Source of the DNA: Balanoglossus misakiensis
Taxonomy: Eukaryota; Animalia; Hemichordata
NCBI GenBank assembly: GCA_040954595.2
Contig: CM082588.2
Span: 5,086,156 to 5,150,155, forward strand
DNA: 64,000 nucleotides
Reading direction: 5' to 3'
In this document: positions 16,710-29,000 of the stretch, piece by piece
Numbering within the stretch: the stretch's first letter is position 1
Layout: each line of letters starts with the position of its first letter
Program-made: the position numbers and the translations under genes
Notes under the pieces: model-generated
Told to the model about the DNA's origin: nothing
Database searches by the model: none
The model's input: only the letters and a program-made list of their open reading frames with translations

Positions 16710-18233
16710 ATGGCAACAGCTACAATGAGAGCTGTACAGTTTGATGAACCAGGGAGTCCTGCAAATCTGTACATTGGAAATGTCCCGCAACCAACTCTGA
16801 AAGAGAGAGAGGTTCTTATCAAGGTATATGCCACAGCCATAAACCGAGCCGAAACATTACAGGTTAGTATTCAGAAATGTTTTATGTATCAAATACAAAT
16901 AAGCCTGGGACTATGTATATATACTGATCATTGTTATATTGACAAATGCATTCAAGTTATATTCAGTGCATTCTCTGTGAATTGTTGTAATTTCAGAGGA
17001 AGGGACGCTATCCACCACCCAAGGGTGCAAGCAGCATACTGGGGCTTGAAGCAGCGGGAATCATCGACCAGATCGGACCGGGCTGTTCCGGGTCGTGGAA
17101 GAAAGGCGACCGGGTAATGGCGTTGCTCCCAGGGGGAGGGAATGCTGAATATGTAGCAGCCCATGAGGGACAGCTGATGGCTGTTCCGCCGGGTTTGTCT
17201 TGGATCCAGGCGGCGTCGATACCCGAAGTGTGGCTGACCAGTTACCAGTTGTTGCATTTTGTTGGTAGGTATACATATCTGATGGTTATATTATCATAGA
17301 GCTGTAGTATGGGCAAAGCATGTACTTTATTTCATCATGGATTATTCCATCTTTTGTAGGGAAACTTCAGGAAGGAGAACATGTATTGGTGCATGCCGGT
17401 GGCAGTGGCATTGGCACAGCTGTGGTACAGCTGATCAGACTGGCAGGAGCTGTTCCTATAGTAACGGCCGGGAGCGAACAGAAAATCCAGAAGGCGATAG
17501 AGCTGGGGGCAGATGCAGGCTTCAACTACAAAGAGGGCACTTTTGTCGACAAGGTTCTGAATCACACAAATGGCAAGTTTATGGTTCTCTTAATTGAAAT
17601 ATTAAATTAAAAAGTACATTCACCTAGAAGGTGGGGGAGCAGCATATTGAAAGTCATATGTACTCGCTAAAATCTTTGTACCTACAAAAATTGCAGGTAA
17701 AGGTGTACAGCTAGTGCTCGACTGCGTTGGAACAAACTTCTGGGAGTGGAACGCAGACTCCCTTGCTCCGGAAGGACGATGGGTAATATATGGAACAATG
17801 AGTGGAGGCACTGTGGACGGACCAATTTTATCCAAGATTATCATGAAGCGGCTAAACGTGATTGGATCAACACTGAAAGCACGTACCAATGAGGTGAGAT
17901 TTTAGACCCATTTGGTATATTGGTAGTCCTTCAAGCTTTGGAGAACTATTTCCTGTTTTTCCACAGTTGACAAATATTCTCATTTAACCGCAAATTGCTC
18001 TGCATGTGTTCTCTCGTCAGTACAAGGCAGCCTTGGTGTCAGAGTTCAGCCAGAATGCACTGCCATACTTCGCTTCGGGGAAAGAGCATCAACTGAGAAC
18101 CATTATAGACACAGTGTTTCCCTTGGAGGAGATCGGCAAAGCTCACCAGCACATGGAAGATAATAAGAACACTGGAAAAATTGTCGTTGCTGTGAGAGAC
18201 GAAGCATTAAAAGATCAACATCAGGAACTGTAG
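16710..18233 (+). CDS. TP53I3: Quinone oxidoreductase PIG3-like (MDR/zeta-crystallin family), ~347 aa. Exons 16710-16862, 16997-17264, 17360-17572, 17697-17893, 18021-18233
   Basis: [61 protein letters not shown]. Exons sum to 1044 nt; intron 3 is GC-AG. Confidence 0.9.
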
Positions 18234-19596
18234 TTAAAAACGTTGGGGGATTGATTTGTCATAATTTTTGCAATTTATGTAAATGTTTTTCATGAGAATT
18301 AAATATAAATATCAGTATCACTATCAGATGTTTTACACATGAATGAAAACAATGATTTGAAAACTATCAAATAAAGGTATAATTAAATTTTATAAATTGT
18401 GTGTCATTATTCTGCTCATATGTCCCACTTTCAGCAAAGACAGACAAGATATCCTCACTATGGCCTTACATCACAACACCAACGAATGACACTGTGTATT
18501 CTCTGAGCATTCAGGAGGAGGGGAGACTCACAGCCACTACATTATTTTACTTTATTAATTTGCATGTATGCATAAAGACCTTACACAAATTTACAACCTA
18601 CAAATAACACCATATGTTTGCAAAATGAAGTCAGCTTGCTCAGTACTACTAACAGTATTTCCTATCCATACAGTCCAGACAGGAGTAAACATCTCCAAAT
18701 TACATTGGTGCATTTTAGTAGGGATGAATTCAGGAGGAACTTTCCCATTAAATTACAAACATTTTTCGAGAGTAAAGAATAATGTGCCATAACCCATTCT
18801 TGAATAAGTCTGAGTTTCAATGAAAGGTATCCAGAATATGTTGGAAAGCCATACAAGTACTTATGTTACTATACAATAAAGGTTATGGTATATACTTCAA
18901 TGATAATAAATGCTGAACAATACAAAAAAGATATGGATACAGTACAGAATGTACTAGATAATCACAAATTCATTAACACAGGTCTGCGTACTAGTATTTA
19001 CAATTGTCCACAAATTCAATCATGTCAGAACACGGTCACTCCACGCAATCTGTGGTTAGACCCAGCAAAACAGCATAAAAATAATTCTAAAGTGAAACTG
19101 TGGGTTTCTTCTACGTATGAAGTTATAGATAACATAATTGGAGCTAAGTTTCAAAAACTCCAATACTGGTTAAGTGCTTGTGGTATAGTGGCAAGTTAAC
19201 TATTTCTAGGAAAAATCTTAGCTTCCAATGTCCTGTCTACATATGTCTGACTTGGCAGGAGATGGGTGAAGGACAGAAAAAAAATATTGATTCAGAATAT
19301 AACTTGATAATATTTGCATAATAAACATTTTGTGCCAGTGATCTCTGCGTAATTAAAAAGGCTCACTGATTATCATGACAAATACTTACAACATGGTATG
19401 CTTTCAAGCTACCATTTTTACAGTAGGTTGAGCTCAGTTGGCCACTGGATTCTTGCACACGACATAGAACTTGGCGCCGAGACTTTTTAGGCAGCTACTG
19501 GTACATGTTTTCAACTTGAGTTCAGTGCCTGCCTGTCTGTGCATGATGGCCAAATACAGCTTCTTGGCTGTTGTCGCCCCATACATCTCCTGTGCT

Positions 19597-22500
19597 TTAG
19601 ATCTGCATCTGATTCAACCTGTCCGGAACGAGCTGGTCCGGCGCGTTCACCATCAAGACCTCGTAGCACTCGTTACAGTAGCCGAAGCACTTGGGGTTGC
19701 CGAAGTGATCGCAGGCCGGAAACCGGCAGCTGGGCCTCTCCGCTTTCGGGGCGGGCGCGGGCTCCGCCCGAAGCTCTCTCAAGAGCGCGTACTTGGGCAC
19801 CTGCCGGATGTCTTGGTAGACGTGGTAACACTCGTCGCAGAGGCCATCCAAGATATTCATGTTTCCCTCATTCGTGCAACCGACTGTGGCGCACTCCTGG
19901 TGTCTGTAACCCCAGGGCTCGTCATACGCCAGAACCACGTAGTTTGGCTTGTAAGGACCGTACTGGGCTGGTCCGGCAGGAGCTGCATGCTTGTATTTTT
20001 CAACCAATGACCGTTGAAAGCATTTGGAACACAGGTTCTTGTGGTCAGGATCACCAAACATATCACAACCTAAAAAGAGACAAGATTCAACATTTAAAAA
20101 CAAAACAAAACTCTTCTGTTATCTTACATTTTTCTGAAAGTCTTGTGAAATTTGGGGCATATTCTTACCAAGATCTACTTACCCCATGGCGCCTGGCATT
20201 TGGGTCGGTTAACTTTTGGAGGTAGGCCTTCGCCAGGTCCAGGTGCTGGTCTCTGCACTGTAAAAGATAATCAATAATGACATTGTAAGAAACTGTGAGA
20301 CAGAACATCGTTTGTGAAAGATCGGTTGAGAATTCCACTAGATATATGTACGCCTCATCCAGAACATGTAGCTGTGTGTTTTTAATTATACTTTGGAAAA
20401 CTGATGATTTATTTTGCAGTTTCTACAGCTTGCATATACATGTCTCTACTTACCAGGGGGTTGGGAACCTCCCTCAAGGTACTTGTGGTAGCATGTCTTG
20501 CAGAAGCCTTGACGTCCAGGATCACGGTTATTGGGGCACTCAGCAGTCGCACAAGGTACATGGGCATGGTGCATCTTTCCCGTTTTCTGCTTCTTCTCTT
20601 CGGTTCTGTTTGGTGGCAACGGCATCTTGGCGGCGTCCAGCACGTTGAAGCATCTCTGGCACAGTTTCAAGTCGGCCGATATGGCCGGGTGGTCGCAGTT
20701 CGGATTGGCGCATCTTTCTCCGGCGGGCGTGTCGTTGTTGGGCGCGGCTAGTGGGATCTCTTCTTCCCTGACGTCTTCTGGCGCCGGCAGCACTTCCGGT
20801 TCGCGGACGATATTTCTGGCCGCCTTGTCGTGGCACCAGTAGCACAGTCCACCGGCGGCGTCGCTCACGATGCGGACACCCTCGCATCCCGGGTTGACGC
20901 AGATGTGCTTCTGAACTTTGAACTTTGTCGGCTGCTTCTGGACACCTTGTTCAGCACCACCAGCAGCAGCAGCAGCAGCAGGGGCTGCTTCAGCTCCTTG
21001 TGCTCGGCCGCCTGTTGCAATGGCAATGCCAAAACATTCGTTGCAGTAGTCGCTGTTGCTGTGGAATCCCACGCGCTGACAGTCTGGTGTCTTGCATTTC
21101 TTCATTTTGTGAGCCATGCGGAAATTTGGTTCTGGTTTCAGCATTGCTGCGACGGTATTCCCAGTGTGCGACTTCCCTGCTCCTGGTGCGGAATGAGCGA
21201 GCAAGTACCCATAACACTGAGAACAGTATCCTTTGGTGTACACACTGCCGAACATGTCACAACCCCTTGTCAGACATAGGTTTCCTCTGCCTCCTTCGGA
21301 CATGGCTCTTTGCTTGGGTTTCACCTGCGGTTCAGCTACAATGGGATCAGACAAGGCAGACGCAGGCTTCACTGGTTGTGCCTGCTTGCTCTTCTTGATC
21401 TCTTCAAACACTTCGGTTTGCTGATTGAAACACCCCTCACACAGTCCCTGGAACTGGGGATACCCTGTCAGCTTACAGTCGGGCAAGAGGCACTTCTGGA
21501 GACCCAGCATGCCGTTGAAACTCATAGGCAGGCTGTTGGATCTGCGCTCGTCTTCAGGCACAAGGAACGTCAGGGCTGCCCCGTGGACTGGGGAGGAAGA
21601 AGAGCTCGATGCACGCTTTGGCTCACTGGGCATCTTCAGAGGCGCGCTGGTGGACGACGCCCTTGCAGCTCCTGCCTCGCTTGCCTGGCTGATGATGCTC
21701 GGGGGTGGCGCAGTGGGCCTGGCACTGGCAGACGCTTGCCTGTTGTAACACTTCTGGTCGTAGCACACTTTACACAGGTTATCGGTCAGGTGGTTGCCGG
21801 GATTCATGCAGCTCTCGGTGGCGCAGATCACACCCCCGGGATCTAACCGCGGCTGCGGCGGCTTCAGACAGCATGTGTGACAGTACTTGCCGGTCGTTAT
21901 CGCGCAGAAGTACTCGCAGTTCTGGTTGGAGCACTTGATCGGCAGGATGGAGGGGATGAATTGACCGGCTGGCTTACCACCCGGCTCTTTGCCGGCGCTT
22001 CCGTGTCGGACTGCGTCGTCGTACGACGGCAACTGCGCCCGGATGGGAGCTGGGCCGGGATTGGGTGGAGGTGTCGCAGGTGATCCAATGGGACTGCCGT
22101 GCATCGATACCTGTCCCACGGCTGGGCCCATGGACTGATCCTGCAGCCTGGTCATACAAGTTTCACAGATGCCGAAGGTATTGTCATAATCGCCAACATT
22201 TTGACAATGTTCCATCTGACACTTTCTGGCTGCTTTCTTCTTATCTTGAGGAACCTGGGGCGCTGGAACTGAAAGATCGTCTCCGAATTCCCGGTCGAGA
22301 TAACGGTGGTACTGGCTCTCGGCCTTCTGGAAGTAGTCCCGGATGAGGTCCATCTCTTCAGGGAGTGGCTGCGGCTTGGCCATGGCAGCCTGTATCTTCT
22401 GCAGACCGCCCTCTCCTCTGTAGTCCAGCTCCTTGATCTCCAGATAGCTCGGCAGAAGGGCCATGACGTTGCGCTCTTCGTGGTCCAGCAGAAAGTGGAC

Positions 22501-24038
22501 AACCATGGGTGTCAGGTCCTGTTTCACGATCGGAAACGCATACTCTGCATTCGCGGTCATCGACACAAAGTCGCCAATGGTGCCGGGGTTTTGAAATATC
22601 AGCGGCGTGAAGTGCATGGCGTGATACGCCAGGATTACCGGCGTCTTGCTGCAGTCCTTGAGTTCCCAGCACAGCGGCAGGTAAATACCACCAAAGTTTT
22701 GCGGCTGGAGGGAGTGGCCGTCGATGCCTCTCCACATGTTCTCAGCCGCGACGATTATGGGACGCCGCAGGATGTTCGCCATGACGAAGATGTGGAATTC
22801 ATCCAGACACTGGTACGGCAGGCCGTCTTCAGCGGCTGGCCGGCGACTTGGCTCGGCAATGCGAATCATGGTGGTCCATTCCTCATTCCATTGCTGTTGA
22901 ATGCCAATAGAATAACGTCAGATGCAATATTCATTATTATTTACTTGACGAGATCTTGTTTACAACTTTGGCTAGTTCACTGAACCTAGTGATGTCATCA
23001 TTATTTTTTGGAACAACAGGAAGTTGACCGATTGCTCATTATTTACATTCATTGTACTGTCCTTGAGGTTGCACTGACAACGGATTTATTACGATTTTCT
23101 ATATATTTACAAAAATGGTACACTGTGCTGCAGGAAACTTTTCCACCACGGACTTTACCTCTGATTTGTACCGCAACTCTCCTGCCAGTACAGAGTCCAC
23201 CTTCTTCCGTTCACTTTCCCATCTCCGTTTCATGTCGGCCACAAACTCCACATTGTCAGTCAGTGCTCGGTACAAGAGTCTTCTCAGGGTCAGTCGGTCA
23301 TCTTCCACGCCCCACACACCCAGGGATATCGCGTGCAATAGACAGTTTCCATCCGCTACAACAGAAACAGAATAACAATGGCCAATAAGAACGTGGGTAA
23401 CTCTACTGCACAATAATAGTCTAATGTATCATTGATGTTCTGTGGTAGTAAACATAAGAAAACAGGGAAGTCATGATGGGGGCCAACATTTTTCTCAACA
23501 CCTGAAATTTTTCTCCTCATGCTTTTTGTGACAGAATAAGCATTGCTAGACAAAAATATCAGTCTTCTAACTTGTTACATAAGATAGCTGCATATTCAAT
23601 TGTTAAAAAACACCACTGAGAATCCAGCATGTTAGACGAAATAAAAACCATATTCATATGAAAGAAAACAGTTAAGTTGTCCACCTGTAGACACAAACTG
23701 TGGCTTCCTTTACCTGTGGTTTGGATTGGCAACAACTGCTTTGCTGCCGGGCACCAGTTTAAGATGGCAGAATGGACAAACGCTAAAAGGATAGTGTGAT
23801 CAATCACGTCCCTGTACAAGAACGTCTGCAGCTCAGCCGGGTAGACCGACAGAGGAGGCAATGTTATGGCGGACCTGCCAATCCTTCTCAGAAAGTGAGG
23901 CTTGTGATCATTTGGTGGGGCTGCAACATCCTGTTCTATCTTCTCCCTCACGATGGCATCCTTTTGAGGGTTTACATCAGATATCTTCTCAGGAAGATTC
24001 AGGGGGGAACCGTATCCATTGTACTGAGCGTGAACCAT
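19597..24038 (-). CDS. TNFAIP3: A20-like OTU deubiquitinase with 12 A20-type zinc fingers, ~1169 aa. Exons 24038-23714, 23355-23159, 22893-20454, 20257-20183, 20069-19597
   Basis: OTU catalytic [10 protein letters not shown] (across a junction), [36 protein letters not shown]. Last finger [21 protein letters not shown] closely resembles human A20 ZF7. Exons sum to 3510 nt. Confidence 0.9.
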
Positions 24039-24921
24039 GTTTACTTGAACTTCTTTACTGTAGAATATATGTAATAATATGGCAGAGTTCAAAACATAGT
24101 TTATTACCTTCAAAACACTGTTAAATGTCTTTTGGCCTTTTTTCAGTATTTCTCTCTATACTATGCTGAAGTATCAACCATTTCGTTTGTCAGTACTGCC
24201 TGAATACATGTACAGCTGTTAAGATCTTTTATAAACCATGTTCTGGGCAATTTCATCCAAACAACTGGATAAGCTACTAAATAAGTCTATGATTAGATGG
24301 TTCAGAAAGGGTAACTTGACTACATCTCCATGGATAATCCTCCAGAAAAACCAAATTGTGTTTCCATGAAATGATGAGCCGAATTACCTTTCCATACCGC
24401 AGCACTACCAAAAGTAATTGTAATTTTTGTTATGGACTGACTCATTCAGTAAAACTGGGACTGACCGAGACTTTATGACAGAAACTTATACGAATAATTG
24501 TCATGTGATCTTCATGGAAGGATTACCAATAAGATGAAGTATTTTGTGATTTACATGCAAGGTAGCTAGATATTGTATATTGTATGTCAGCATTTTCAAG
24601 TAAATCAACTAAAAGCAAAACTTAAATAAAGGAGAACCATTTTGAAATATCATATTTGACTAAAAAGTCAAAAAAGGAAGCTTCTGGCAATTCCCTTAAA
24701 CGGTAATAAAGTGAAATGTACCTTACGTAGTTGGTTTCCACCCACACACAGAAGTCTTAATACTTGATATACTTATAGCAAGTACGTTGTTGGATGACAG
24801 CTTTGAGCTTGCCTGTAACTGTTGGAAAGAGATGGTTGAAATTCTTTTTCAATTGCACGTACTATTCTATTTTGATACCTTATGAACCGGAAAAAACCCC
24901 AAACGGAGACAAGAATGTATT

Positions 24922-24932
24922 GGAAAGCCCCC
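24922..24932 (-). promoter_or_regulatory. Intronic kB site in A20 intron 1
   Basis: Minus strand reads GGGGGCTTTCC, fitting GGGRNYYYCC. Confidence 0.55.
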
Positions 24933-25537
24933 TGACAGTATACGTCACGTTTTCCTGTTGACTACATAGAGTACTAGTATACCGTCTTTTGAATGAAACA
25001 TCTGGTGATATTGCATAACCGGGTTAACCTTTACCGACTGCTTCAAAGTCGTGAATGAAGTATTCATAAATGCCATTCTTTCTTTCTGGGTTATTCGAGT
25101 TCAATCAGTAACAGGACCGCGCCTGCGCCCACGTCGATTCTCGGTCATTCGACCAAAGTGACTATGTCATGTGGTCGAATCGAATAAAATGCCTAAACTT
25201 GTATACATGTAATCCGTCCCTGGGTCAATAAACGTGTTGTTCAATCCGCACAACGACACAAAACTTCATTTTATCTCCGAGAACTTCAACATTTCGTTAA
25301 AAGCTGTTAGCAACTAGCCTATCAGTCGCCATGACGTTAAGAGGAATAAAAAACAAAAAAATCAGAAGGAAATACTTTGAATGAGATATTCACCTACGGT
25401 ACGCCTTATTTTGCCAAAAAAAACGCACTCAAATATTTGAGAGTACGTTCAAATTTGTTAGCCTTGTACAGAACTTCGAGGTATTGCCGTCAAATCGTAC
25501 AATATATGCATTTTTCACAGAAGAAACGCAAACTTAC

Positions 25538-25890
25538 CGTGAATTTCTGTGATTGTGTCGCATAACGTTATGGGGAAATCCCCTGCTATTTATAGATCCT
25601 TACGTGACTGCACATGCGCTGCACTGCATATGCTGATGAGGGGGGGGGGGGCAAATTTCGTGGACAACTCGTTCAACTTCTCGGTCATGTATCAAAGTCA
25701 GACACAGTAATATCTTATATAGAAGAAGAACACTCGACATCATGCTCTAAATCTTTAAATTGCGATCAGAGTATTAAACTGACAAACGATTAAAGGGGAT
25801 GTTACTCGAACCTAGGGGGTTTGTTTAGAGCCCTCTAACGTTGCTGAGGTGATACGTTGTCGATTTCACGTACGTGCGGGGGAGTCCCCC
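25538..25890. promoter_or_regulatory. A20/FAAH2 divergent promoter with NF-kB (kB) sites and a minus-strand TATA box
   Basis: GGGGAAATCCCC at 25572-25583, GGGGGAGTCCCCC at 25878-25890, minus-strand CTATAAATAG at 25595-25586, and a minus-strand donor CG|GTAAGT at 25538/25537 (non-coding exon 1 of A20; acceptor at 24058). Confidence 0.7.
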
Positions 25891-26008
25891 GTTTTCTCGA
25901 ATTGACGCACCCTGTGGCCTTCGGGAAGACTCTAGCTTCAATATCACGTACTTTGAAGGGTAACTTCAGGTTATATACCCCAAGCTAACGTGTTTTGGGG
26001 CGTCGATC

Positions 26009-29000
26009 ATGGCTAATACTTCAGTATCGATCATCCGAAGTCTACTTGCGGCCATCTCCAGTGGCATCGTCACTATCATCGCATTCCTGGCTTTCGGATG
26101 GCGACCAAAGATTACCGTTCCCCCCGTTACAAACCCTCTGTTATTACAAAGTGGTGTTAGTCTAGCCAAGAAGATTCGCAATCGAGAGGTAAGATACTGA
26201 TTGGCAAAATAATAAACAAGATTAAGGAAAGGTATAATTATAAATTTGCTGCTTCCCTGGCAAGATGAATGTAATTTTAACACAAAATTTTAGTGGTGGA
26301 AATAAGTAAATAAATGTGATGCAGGTATTTTTGTATATGCTATACATATTGAAGAGGAAGACGAGTATTTTGTTATCTGATAAAATACAGTGGGAATCCA
26401 AGAGCACACAGGATGGAGCAAGGATGGTTCCTGTGATTTGTTGGACATCTGGACCTTGGACTGAACTGCAGAGGGCAAAGTTTAAGGTGTACATGAACTA
26501 TCTGATGAGTTCAGAAGAGTAGTCACATCAAAAACCATGACTGCACGGAAGAGGGTTCATGATTATCACTAAATGTGTGTGGTCTGTTGTGGCACCTGTA
26601 GTAAGACCATGTGTGCATAACAGGGCTCCTTAGGATACAACATCTTAGCAATCAAACTTTATACACAAGAAAGTCGAACCAAGTTCACCATTTTATTTGC
26701 GATCACTTTATACAATAATCATGGCAATGATATGTTTACTACAGCAACCTTATCTGCAGTGTATTTCCACCTGGAACTGTTTCTTTACACAAACAGTTAA
26801 CTTTTTTCACAGTTTTTATCAACCAATTTGTCTGTTCTGTAATTAGCAATGTTTTTTAAAACTGAACATAAGTAATGTACCAGTAGATTTTTATCTACAG
26901 CAATATTAAAACATACAATATTCAAAAAATTAAAATCCAGTAATTGATGGACAAAAATTATATTTTATGACTATATTAAACATGCTTTGCAAAAGCAAAT
27001 AAAGTTTCACCCTTCTTTGAATGATAAAACTATTTAGGTAATTTTAATTACCGTCTATAAAAAAATCAAATATTTCTAAAACTCTATAGAGACAATTTTT
27101 GTCGCTGAAATAACTTTGACCCTTCTTTGATAATAACTTCATTAGTAAAATGTACCGATCTATAGAAATAAAATTCACCAAATATAGATCAACATCAAAA
27201 ACAGCAAAATTATACAAATAAATTCTTTTTTTTTCAAGGTTTGGCAGTATAACTTATGCATGTACTCTTACCATTGATATGCATAGTTGTCATTTGCAGT
27301 ACAATACAAACTTGCCACCTGAATAAAAATAAATGTGAATGTGGCAACATCACCCTTCTTTACTGCACTGCAGCAAAAATATTACATAAAAGAAAGGAAA
27401 TCAGTTGCAAGATATGATACTGAAGAGATAGATACATCTTGGATGCCAACAATCTTCCCAGATTTTTCTTTCCATAACCCCAGAAATGTTGAACAGAAAA
27501 TTTGGACCAAACTGTCCAAGTAAAGCAAGAGAATGTCAGTGGATTCTGTAAATAAAAAAACTTGATAACAGAATTTGCACTAAAGGGGACCACGCTCTTA
27601 TAATAAGGCACATTCCTGGTACTTAACAAGAACTTTTCATTCAACGTACGTAAGTTTTACAACCCAAGCCCATTGGCATGGCAACTCCTTTTCCATCGGC
27701 AAGGTAACGGTCAGTCCTGTCGACGTCTGGGTCTGCCAAGTTAAGGCTTTCGGAAGTCCCAACATTTCGACCTTGGTTTTCGATGAGATCACGGGTGATG
27801 CCAGCTCCACAGTTCTGGTGTCTGGGATTTCTGTGAGGATTGCGTAAACCACGCTGTCCCCGTGTCCTGTTTGTTTTGCGGTATACCTGGAAATAATCAA
27901 GGTTGATTGTTTTCAGTCTGAGAGGGACATATTAAACAAGATCAACATCTGTGTCTTGTACTCTTTAGACTTTTAAAAAACTGTACTCTCACTGGTAAAT
28001 TTTCAACTCACTTTTGACAGTGATTTTCATGAAAGACATCTTACCAAAGTTTTGATCCCTTTTCTGTCTGCACTTTCCATGGATGAGTTGCATAGATAGC
28101 CTCTCCATTAATCTTCAACCAGTCACCAATCTGGCGCAGGCGTTGGTCAAAATTAGCATCAATTTCTCCTTCACTGGTAGGGCCAATATTCAAAAGTAAA
28201 TTTCCTCCACAGCTGTATATTGCAGAAGGAAAATTAAAATACAGAATAACCTGTTTTATTTTGTCAAAAGTCTGCATATATGGGAGGACATTCTCATGTG
28301 ATACGGGACAAACAACACATGGTGCAATTGTTACAATGTTTGTTTAAACTCTGCACCTACAATCTAGTTTCATAAAAAAGCTTAACCAAGCCTCGGGAGA
28401 TCTCACAATAAGCGGAAAATCAACCATTCTTGGTTTCCATGGGAACTGTATTGAACCCAACTGACTATTCCGCAGTTCACTCACCTAACTGTAGAGACCA
28501 ATATCTCTATCAGTGTTCCAACATCAGTGTAATCCTCCAGCTGAGCATTTCTACGAAACCCCCACGACTTCTTGTCAATGGAGAATCCATTCTCCCATTT
28601 GTGATCTCTCACATGCACAGAATCTAGAGAATAAGAATGTGCATGTACAGGGACATCATTCACAAACTGGCATTGCAAGCCGTCTTTCACATTATTTTTA
28701 CTCCCTTCCACAGATGTAGTTTGGTCAAAAACTATTAACAATATTATGGCAGTATCCACTCAGAAAGAAGTGTGTAGCCAAAACATGAGCAAATGTGGCG
28801 TATTAAACAAAATTGTTTGATTACCTGGTTTTTCTTGTAAACGTGTATGATAATCACAGTGTTGACCACGTACACCTGGACCCCATCTGTCATTGGTTAC
28901 AATTGTGTCTTTGACTGGACTGGAAAATGAATATTACAATATAACTGATGTAAGAAACCACTTGTAATGAAAAAAATTCACACCTTCACACACACACCAA

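Noticed and set aside
19471-22983. Many overlapping + strand ORFs up to 228 aa opposite A20
   Set aside because: Antisense shadows of a GC-rich coding exon; no recognisable domains or splice structure.
28481-28759. Longer fucosidase exon suggested by the ORF track
   Set aside because: GH29 similarity and phase support the acceptor at 28624; the upstream part is an open intronic frame.
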